Below are positions 29,993-36,721 of a DNA stretch of 64,000 nt, piece by piece. Made by a program: the position numbers and the translations under genes. The DNA is from an uncultured Candidatus Saccharibacteria bacterium. GTDB taxonomy: Bacteria; Patescibacteriota; UBA1384; CAILIB01; JAUSJZ01. Location of the stretch: NCBI GenBank assembly GCA_964421635.1, contig CAYQWZ010000002.1, forward strand, positions 65,749-129,748, written 5' to 3'. Numbering within the stretch: the stretch's first letter is position 1; the number at the start of each line of letters is the position of its first letter. The notes beneath the pieces were generated by a model. The model did no database searches and was not told the DNA's origin. It was given only the letters and a program-made list of their open reading frames with translations.

Positions 29993-30067
29993 GGCCCTAT
30001 CGTCTAGTGGTCAGGACATCAGCTTCTCAAGCTGGGAACCGGGGTTCGATTCCCCGTAGGGCTACCA
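29993..30067 (+). tRNA. tRNA-Glu(CTC)
   Basis: Acceptor GGCCCTA/TAGGGCT, anticodon loop TT-CTC-AA, CGGGG-TTCGATT-CCCCG, CCA. Confidence 0.96.
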
Positions 30068-30076
30068 ATAGAAAAT

Positions 30077-30116
30077 ACCACTTCACATTGAAATACTGTG
30101 TTAAGTGGTTTTTTTT
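30077..30116 (+). terminator. Terminator after the tRNA cluster
   Basis: ACCACTT-CACA...TGTG..AAGTGGT followed by a T-run. Confidence 0.6.
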
Positions 30117-30417
30117 ATTGGTTATTATTTAGAACTTGAACCTAGGGCTCAATAGAGGTGATATACTTTTTTAATCCTTCTTCTATTATATAAGGATAAA
30201 ATATTTGAATAAAAATCTAAACGAAATGTATTGAGGTAAAAAATGTTGGTAATGGCTCTAGTAAACAAAAACCATTATTACTATAGATATATCCACAAAA
30301 TGAGCCTCCTTTTTACCTGTAGAGAGGTATAATTAGATATAGAGAAGAAGAGGTCACACTTGGTTGGGTGTTCAGTTTATATTGCGTATTTTAAAAGTTT
30401 ATTAGTAAAGATACATT

Positions 30418-33400
30418 ATGAGGAAATTGCTTTCTAAGCGGATGACATTTGTTTATTCGCTCTTATCAATCCCAATGATGGTGGTTTTGGGTGCCAGCTC
30501 CGCTAGTGCGGCAGCTACACTTCAAGGTACTACATTGGATTTTAACATGGGTGGGTCGAGCATTGTGGAGAATGGGAATTTGGTCGTTAAGACCGATGAC
30601 CTTTTGACGCTAAATGCTGGCTCGCAGGTAGAGACTACCTCTGACCTTAAGGTCGGTGGCCGGCTCATCATCGCTAATGGCGATCGAGATGACGGTACCG
30701 GTATATATAAGGATGGAGACCTCCACATCACAACCGGAGATCAAATGTGGTTTGATGCTGGAACAGTTAATGCCAGAGATGACCTTGTCGTAGGTGATGA
30801 CCTAACGATTAAAGGTGATTTGGTACTTAGAGGGGCATTAGATTTGCCTGTTGGTAGTGTCACATCGACAATGTTGCTAAATGGCACAGTCGCTACTGCT
30901 GATTTGGCAGGTAGTTCAGTCACTAGCGCCAAAATCGCTGATGCAACTATCGCTGCTGCTGATTTAGCTGCAGACATTGCTATTACCACAACTGGTGCTG
31001 CCTCTTTCGGGGATGTTACAGTTGGTGGTGGTGAGTTATATGTCACAGGCGTAGCTTCTTCGGCTTCAACAACCGAGGGTACAATTTACTACGATACTGA
31101 TGATGACAACCTATATGTATATGCCAACGGTTCATTCGTTGACTTAACAGCCGGTGCTGCTGGTTCAAATACATTAGATGATGCCTATAATACCAGCGCT
31201 GGCGCCTCAACCGTTTTGGTTGATAACGGTGATTTGATATTGCGTTCAAATGCCGCAGGTTCGGATATTATCGTTGATTTAGCTAGCACAGGTGACTTTA
31301 TCTTTCAAGATAACGGAACCGATGTTGTTACCTTTAATGATAGTGGTAGCCTAACCATGGCGAGTGGTACACTGGCTCTTAACAATGACACTGTTACCTC
31401 AGATGGTGACCTGTCAATTACCGGAGCAACCGGTGCCAACCTAGTTGCAACAACTGGTGATTTAGACTTAACTTCTTCTGCTGGTTCAGTTGTCATAACA
31501 GGCGCTGAAGCTGCAGCTGACGCTATCACCTTAAATGCTTCTGACGCTGCAGGTGGTATTGATATTGACGCTGGCACAGGTACGATTGATGTATTACAAA
31601 CAGGTACAGTTGCTGGTGATGGAATTACCATAGCTACCACCGATGGTGGTGTGGCTATAACTGCTGCTGGTGCTGCTAATGGAGATATGACACTAACAGT
31701 AGGTGATGATTTTGTCGCCAATGTTACTGGTATTTGGGACAACAATACTACCGGCGCTGTTACCGTTGACACTGCCGCTGGTATCTCACTTGATGGTGCA
31801 ACGGCTTCCAACTTTACTGTTACCGGGGCTTCAGAAGACTTAACCTTGGGAGCAACGGGTGGCTCGATTGTCGCTACCGCTACCGAAGATGCTGCTGATG
31901 CTATCGTCATAAATGCTTCTGCTGGTGGTGTAGACGTTACTGCCGCTACCTATAATGTGGATATAGTTGCTACTACACTAGATGTAAATATTACTGGTGA
32001 GACCAACGTTGATGTTGCTGCCACATCTGGTGATGTTACTGTCGCATCTGGCGATGATATTCTCAACACAGCCGGTGACGAGTTCGATGTCACCGCTACT
32101 GGTTTGGTTGACATAAACGCTGGAGCTAGTATGGACGTTGATGTAACGGGTGCATACACGATGGACGCAACGACTTCCTTCTCCATTGATGGAGCGGGTA
32201 CAGCTTCCAATGTTACTTTAGCTGCTGACGGTGACAATGATGACTTAACGGTAGCTGTAACTGGTGCCCATGATGCTAGCTTGATTCTACAATCTGCTGG
32301 TACAGGAGCCGATGCTGTTAAGATCAACGCTTCTGCTGGTGGTATTGATATAGATGCTGACGACGGAATTGCTATTGATGCTGCTGGTACGGCTGGTGAA
32401 GATATTGTAGTTACGAACACAGGTGGTTCAATAATCCTTTCAGCTACAGAAAGTGCTGCTGATTCAGTTCAGATCACTTCAACAGCTGGTGGTATTGATA
32501 TTGCCGCTTCTGGTGCTGCTGCTGGTGAAGACATTGATATTACTACTACTGGTTCAAGCGTTAACATCAGTTCAACTGAGAATGCAACGGATGCTGTTAC
32601 AATAACAGCTTCTGCTGGTGGTATTAATATAGCTGCCACTGGTGCAGCTACTGAGGATATTACCTTGGTTAACACAGGTGGTTCAATAGGTCTTTCAGCT
32701 ACTGAAGATGCAGCTGATGCGATTACCATTGCAACCACAGCTGGTGGAATGGATATCACAGTTGCTGGTGATACTGCTGGCGATGATTTGGATATCGTAG
32801 CCACAGGTACTGCTACAGAGATTCGAGTAACCTCTGCTTCAGCTACAGTAGATGCAATAAGTTTGCAAGCCTCCGCCGGTGGTATTGATATAGATGCCGC
32901 TAACGAAGACTTGGCATTAACTGTTACATCTGATGGCGCTGGTGATGATTTGACTCTTACTCAAGTAGGGGCAAACGATTCTAGCATAGTCCTTACCGCT
33001 GCTGGTACAGGAGCTGATGCTATAAGTTTGCAAGCTTCTGCAGGTGGATTTGATATCGACGCTGCCGCAGCTTCGACTATCAGTACCTCAAATGATGAGA
33101 TTACCATTGCTACTGGTACAGCCGATGTAGTGCTTACTGGTTCAGCAATCGGTACAGCTGCTTTGACGGTAACTGCTGGTGACGTAACGTTAACAAGTGG
33201 TAACTTCACCCAGACAGCTGGTACAGTTTATCTTGCAGTAACCACTGCTGGCGCAGGTGCGGGCAATGATGAGACGCTTGATACAACCAATGCTGTTAAT
33301 CAGTACGACGCAGGTGGTGCTTCACGAACAGGAGTAATCCTAGAAGCTCCTACTGCTAACGGTCAGATCGCCTATATCATCAACATTTCAGACGCTGCTG

Positions 33401-33549
33401 AGAACATTACCTTTGCTGCTGTTGGCACCTCAAACGTTGCCAACGGTGTTACATCCGTAATTGGTCAGAATGAAGCAATGGGATTTGTTGCTGGTACAGT
33501 TGCTGGTGGTGACTTAGTCTGGTTCCCAATGACCTCCGCAGGTCAGTAG
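30418..33549 (+). CDS. Large secreted acidic repeat protein (putative beta-helical fibre/adhesin)
   Basis: Signal peptide ending SASA/AA; VTSAKIAD-type repeats; EGTIYYDTDDDNLYVY; many ~40-aa repeats xxDAIxLxASAGGIDIxA; Ala/Thr/Gly/Asp-rich, no Cys. Confidence 0.75.
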   Translation: MRKLLSKRMTFVYSLLSIPMMVVLGASSASAAATLQGTTLDFNMGGSSIVENGNLVVKTDDLLTLNAGSQVETTSDLKVGGRLIIANGDRDDGTGIYKDGDLHITTGDQMWFDAGTVNARDDLVVGDDLTIKGDLVLRGALDLPVGSVTSTMLLNGTVATADLAGSSVTSAKIADATIAAADLAADIAITTTGAASFGDVTVGGGELYVTGVASSASTTEGTIYYDTDDDNLYVYANGSFVDLTAGAAGSNTLDDAYNTSAGASTVLVDNGDLILRSNAAGSDIIVDLASTGDFIFQDNGTDVVTFNDSGSLTMASGTLALNNDTVTSDGDLSITGATGANLVATTGDLDLTSSAGSVVITGAEAAADAITLNASDAAGGIDIDAGTGTIDVLQTGTVAGDGITIATTDGGVAITAAGAANGDMTLTVGDDFVANVTGIWDNNTTGAVTVDTAAGISLDGATASNFTVTGASEDLTLGATGGSIVATATEDAADAIVINASAGGVDVTAATYNVDIVATTLDVNITGETNVDVAATSGDVTVASGDDILNTAGDEFDVTATGLVDINAGASMDVDVTGAYTMDATTSFSIDGAGTASNVTLAADGDNDDLTVAVTGAHDASLILQSAGTGADAVKINASAGGIDIDADDGIAIDAAGTAGEDIVVTNTGGSIILSATESAADSVQITSTAGGIDIAASGAAAGEDIDITTTGSSVNISSTENATDAVTITASAGGINIAATGAATEDITLVNTGGSIGLSATEDAADAITIATTAGGMDITVAGDTAGDDLDIVATGTATEIRVTSASATVDAISLQASAGGIDIDAANEDLALTVTSDGAGDDLTLTQVGANDSSIVLTAAGTGADAISLQASAGGFDIDAAAASTISTSNDEITIATGTADVVLTGSAIGTAALTVTAGDVTLTSGNFTQTAGTVYLAVTTAGAGAGNDETLDTTNAVNQYDAGGASRTGVILEAPTANGQIAYIINISDAAENITFAAVGTSNVANGVTSVIGQNEAMGFVAGTVAGGDLVWFPMTSAGQ

Positions 33550-33594
33550 GATAGTGAAGATGTAGCTAATAACCTAATAAAGTTATTTAGCGAG

Positions 33595-33631
33595 AGTAGA
33601 GGCCGCAAAGTTGTGGCCTCTGCTTTTTTTT
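33595..33631 (+). terminator. Intrinsic terminator
   Basis: AGTAGAGGCCGCAA-AG-TTGTGGCCTCTGCT followed by T7. Confidence 0.9.
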
Positions 33632-33645
33632 AATAAAGTAGATAC

Positions 33646-34629
33646 ATGGTGATAAAAAGCGCAAGACCTCCAAAATTAACAATAGTAGTAATTGTTGTTG
33701 TTGTGATAACGGCAATAGGAATTTATAAAAGAAATACTCAAACTGAACCCCAATCTACTAACACCAGTCAACTAGAAGTTTTAAATACCAACATCAGTCA
33801 AGAACTAAAAAATATTCCCAACAACACCGTCGTTCATTTTGCACCCAAAGATTCTTTTATAATGCCCAATAATTACATAATTAATAGCCAAATTATTAGC
33901 AAATCAATTTTGATTTATCCTCAAGACCAAAAAAACATTCAATATAACGGCACTAGTTCGTTAGAGTCGTTTGGGGGAATATTCATTACCTCGGCAAATA
34001 CAGTTACTAGTGAAGAGATGTTCAATGAAACGAATCAAAAAAAGTTCGATAGTTATAAGCAGGCAAACCCAGAGAGTGATGCAACTTCTCAAACGATTAA
34101 AGATAGCAAGGGAAATGACAAGTTTGTGATCACACAGACCAAACCTTTTAAAATGATTGAAACAATATTAAATAGAGAGCTAATCATTGAAATTATTAGT
34201 TACGAAGAAACAGACGCCTATAAACAGATTGTCGATACCTACAGTGATTCCGAATCAATATCTAATAGTGACCATAAAGCAATCTATCAATTACAAAAAG
34301 ATTTAGTTATTGCTTACGAAAGCCAAGATGCTCAGAAAGTGTTCACTCTTCTTTCATCTGCTGCGCAGGAAAAGAATAGTGTTGAGGCAATAAAAGAGGG
34401 CATGAAAGAGAATATCTTCAAAGATATGATCAGCATTGAGCCTACTGCTCTTATTATCCTTAATCAAAATTATGTTATGCAATCAAGGGTGCTTTTTGCG
34501 GATAACTTTATGACAAGAGTTGATATATCTTTTAGGGTTGATTACGACGGAGAAAGAAACAATTGGTCAATAGAATCTTATGTCATAAAAAACAAAGAAA
34601 AATATCTCTCAACGGTAGAAGTAGAATAG
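33646..34629 (+). CDS. Hypothetical N-terminally anchored extracellular protein (paralog A)
   Basis: 327 aa, single N-terminal TM, similar along its length to the convergent neighbour. Confidence 0.8.
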   Translation: MVIKSARPPKLTIVVIVVVVITAIGIYKRNTQTEPQSTNTSQLEVLNTNISQELKNIPNNTVVHFAPKDSFIMPNNYIINSQIISKSILIYPQDQKNIQYNGTSSLESFGGIFITSANTVTSEEMFNETNQKKFDSYKQANPESDATSQTIKDSKGNDKFVITQTKPFKMIETILNRELIIEIISYEETDAYKQIVDTYSDSESISNSDHKAIYQLQKDLVIAYESQDAQKVFTLLSSAAQEKNSVEAIKEGMKENIFKDMISIEPTALIILNQNYVMQSRVLFADNFMTRVDISFRVDYDGERNNWSIESYVIKNKEKYLSTVEVE

Positions 34630-34642
34630 TATAGTTTGCAGT

Positions 34643-35593
34643 CTATTCGTTTGTTGCAGGTGTTTCTGCTCCTTCGGTGTTATCTGTATTATCTGCGTCA
34701 GCAGGTTTAATTCTACCTGATACTCTCATGGCGTCTAACAGATAGTTATCATTCTCTATTGTGTAGTAAAAAGAGCTGCGGCGAATTATAATATCACCTT
34801 CAAGAATATTAGCTGCAGTACCAAGCCCTTTGTTTGCATTAATGTAAACACCCCAAACTACTACATTATTATCGAAATCGGCGCTAACATTATCTAATAA
34901 ATCGGAAAATTCAGCTTCACTCTTCTGACCTTTCAGATTTTCTGAGGAGGATTTATAAATATTTGAGTAATTACTGCTAGTGATGTCTAATCTGGTTTGT
35001 TGAGTTAAATCTGTTGCTTTAGTGATATTATCAGCGTATTTGGTAATATCTATGGTCATTGATTTAGCGATATCATCAAATACTGAGTGATTAATTTTAG
35101 AGGTCACTATAATAATAGTGGGAGTGTCAAAAAAGATTTGTTGATAGTCATTTTCACCTTTGACAGTTAGTTTGCTGGCTTTTAAGGATCCATATTTTTT
35201 ATTATCAACAGTGACCTTTGAGCCATCATTTTCAGCAGCAGTCTTGAGCTCTTCAATTAAGGCGTCAAAGCTATCTTTTTTATTTACAGCTGTCTCAATA
35301 ATGATTACACCTTTGTCAATTAATGTTTTAGCATCGCTTGCACCAATTTCAGTTCCGGTTGGATAAACTAAAGTCTGTCTACCGTCAATTGGTTCTGTTA
35401 TGCTCCATTCAGCTGGAATAGAAACTGCAAACTGTTTAGCAACCTGTACAAAAACGGTCTTATTTTTGCTGTTACCAATTGAAGGAATAATGCCTCCTAC
35501 ACCACCGTTGTTTTTCATTCTTAAACCAATAAATATGATGGCTATTATAACAATTATGACTAGCAATAAACGGGACTTTAATAAGTTTTTCAT
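34643..35593 (-). CDS. Hypothetical N-terminally anchored extracellular protein (paralog B; PsbP-like plus NTF2-like fold inferred)
   Basis: N-terminal TM, FAVSIPAEW motif, FDDIAKSM, C-terminal YSNIYKSSS..LK...SEAEF. Confidence 0.8.
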   Translation of the reverse strand: MKNLLKSRLLLVIIVIIAIIFIGLRMKNNGGVGGIIPSIGNSKNKTVFVQVAKQFAVSIPAEWSITEPIDGRQTLVYPTGTEIGASDAKTLIDKGVIIIETAVNKKDSFDALIEELKTAAENDGSKVTVDNKKYGSLKASKLTVKGENDYQQIFFDTPTIIIVTSKINHSVFDDIAKSMTIDITKYADNITKATDLTQQTRLDITSSNYSNIYKSSSENLKGQKSEAEFSDLLDNVSADFDNNVVVWGVYINANKGLGTAANILEGDIIIRRSSFYYTIENDNYLLDAMRVSGRIKPADADNTDNTEGAETPATNE

Positions 35594-35675
35594 CAAACCT
35601 TTTTTTACGAATAAGTATAGTTAAAGGTTACCATAGCCAAAAGACAAAATCAATTTGTGAAATTTGCTTTAGGGC

Positions 35676-35704
35676 TTGACAAATTGAATAAAATATGCTA
35701 GAGT
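35676..35704 (+). promoter_or_regulatory. Strong sigma70 promoter for the large ncRNA
   Basis: TTGACA (35676-81), 17 bp, extended -10 TG-C-TAGAGT (35696-704). Confidence 0.8.
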
Positions 35705-35710
35705 ATTTAC

Positions 35711-36237
35711 ACGCTGCACAGATGTGGTCGGTCAACACATGAAGGATGCGTAAAGCCTTCGCCGGTCACAGACGGCTAGACCCAACCGGCTAAACCGCAA
35801 GGCACCGGAAAGGGGTCGTCAAGTCTGCGCAAGGCGTGTCTAGCAACCGGGCTCTGACCGAAAGGAAAGAGCCAAGCGGTGAGAAGTGGAAAGCTATTCC
35901 ACCCTGGGAAGATCATATCGGGCTCAACTGAGTCCATCCCGTCCCGCACTCTGCGAGATACTAGGGAGAAGTTAGCAAGATAGCACTTCTGAGGGTTGGC
36001 AGGCATGTCAACACGATTTCGCGGCATTTGCTGCGGATGGAAACTCGAAGCTTGCTGCAAAGCCTGTACCAGGAACCCGGTATTACTCTGATGCCTACAG
36101 GTGTCGTTGAGGGCCTGCAAGTCCTCAACTAGAAAGGCTCGGGTGTATCTCACTGCCGCATTCATCCCGCTTGGCTCCTTGGTCAAGCATCGTCCCCGAC
36201 CGCCGCGCAGCTCTTACTAGAGCGCGGCGGTCTTTTT
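35711..36237 (+). ncRNA. Unidentified large structured ncRNA (~525 nt)
   Basis: Bounded by a promoter and a terminator; no plus-strand ORF of 60 aa or more; GC-rich; many hairpins with GNRA loops; long-range helices. Confidence 0.8.
36198..36237 (+). terminator. Intrinsic terminator of the ncRNA
   Basis: GACCGCCGC..GCTCT-TACT-AGAGC-GCGGCGGTC followed by TTTTT. Confidence 0.88.
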
Positions 36238-36261
36238 AATTACCCGGGTTTTTCAATATAT

Positions 36262-36288
36262 AAAAAAATACCCAGTCGGCTGGGTATT
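36262..36288 (-). terminator. Intrinsic terminator of the 108-aa gene
   Basis: Minus strand AATACCCAG-CCGA-CTGGGTATT followed by a T-run. Confidence 0.8.
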
Positions 36289-36310
36289 GGAGTCGCGAAG
36301 AGTGTTTTTC

Positions 36311-36637
36311 TTAGCCTTCAACAAAGCCGAAATATTCTCTCAACTGTTCATAGACCGCTGCCTCTTCCGGAGCATAACTTGGACGAAGTACAATTATGGC
36401 ATCTGGTTCGTTACTGCTGTTGCAATCGACGACTGGACCTTGAGACAGATGGGTACTCAAATCGATTGGATTGGATACATCATGGACTTGAAGATAAACT
36501 GTTTGGCTACCATTAAATAAGGCCACTGTCTCACCTTTTCTTGGTATATGGGTACGAAGAATGAGGCTCGTAAACTTTACGCATGGAAAGGATGTGTCTC
36601 TCAAGACTATGACAATCTGTATCCGGATTGGATCCAT
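36311..36637 (-). CDS. Small hypothetical protein (108 aa)
   Basis: ATG with SD AAGGAG 7 nt upstream; own downstream terminator. Confidence 0.7.
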   Translation of the reverse strand: MDPIRIQIVIVLRDTSFPCVKFTSLILRTHIPRKGETVALFNGSQTVYLQVHDVSNPIDLSTHLSQGPVVDCNSSNEPDAIIVLRPSYAPEEAAVYEQLREYFGFVEG

Positions 36638-36721
36638 TCGAGCTCTCCTTTTTCAAGGTAACCAAAAACAGCTCACAAAGTCAATTAATAATGCTGTTAG
36701 GCGTTTTTTAGGCGCGAATAA

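Noticed and set aside
30289-30297. DnaA-box-like ATATCCACA in the AT-rich region before the fibre gene
   Set aside because: Single imperfect box; no cluster or dnaA context for an origin.
31500-33070. Recurring DNA motif GCTTCTGCTGGTGGTATTGATAT as a CRISPR-like array
   Set aside because: Degenerate and in frame, encoding the ASAGGID protein repeat; no cas genes.
30522-33209. Several antisense ORFs over the 1043-aa gene, and similar shadows over dnaK, yebC, manB, valS and 60941-62083
   Set aside because: Antisense shadows of biased codon usage in well-supported genes.
35851-35873. Kink-turn (box C/D-like GCTCTGACCGAAAGG) in the RNA
   Set aside because: A 3-nt bulge plus tandem G.A is possible, but the non-canonical stem would then not pair; a simple hairpin with a GA/AA internal loop fits as well.
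35776-36186. 136-aa minus-strand ORF inside the GC-rich intergenic region
   Set aside because: TTG start, no RBS and no protein-like motifs. Promoter, terminator, GNRA loops and G-U pairs all point to a plus-strand RNA; the ORF is likely a by-product of high GC.
35711-36237. Identification as RNase P RNA, tmRNA, SRP RNA, 6S RNA or a group I/II intron
   Set aside because: GGAACCCGGTATTA (36072-85) only loosely resembles the RNase P 3' conserved region and has no GAGGAAAGTCC partner. There is no T-arm/CCA end, it is too long for 6S or SRP, and it lacks domain V and an interrupted host gene. A covariance-model search is still needed.
36287-36520. 77-aa plus-strand ORF after the RNA (RNA as a riboswitch-like leader)
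   Set aside because: TTG start inside the opposite-strand terminator, no RBS, and antisense to the better-supported SD-led 108-aa gene; the RNA is better read as stand-alone.
30068-36721. Prophage or integrative element at tRNA-Glu
   Set aside because: No integrase, no phage core genes and no duplicated tRNA 3' end seen.
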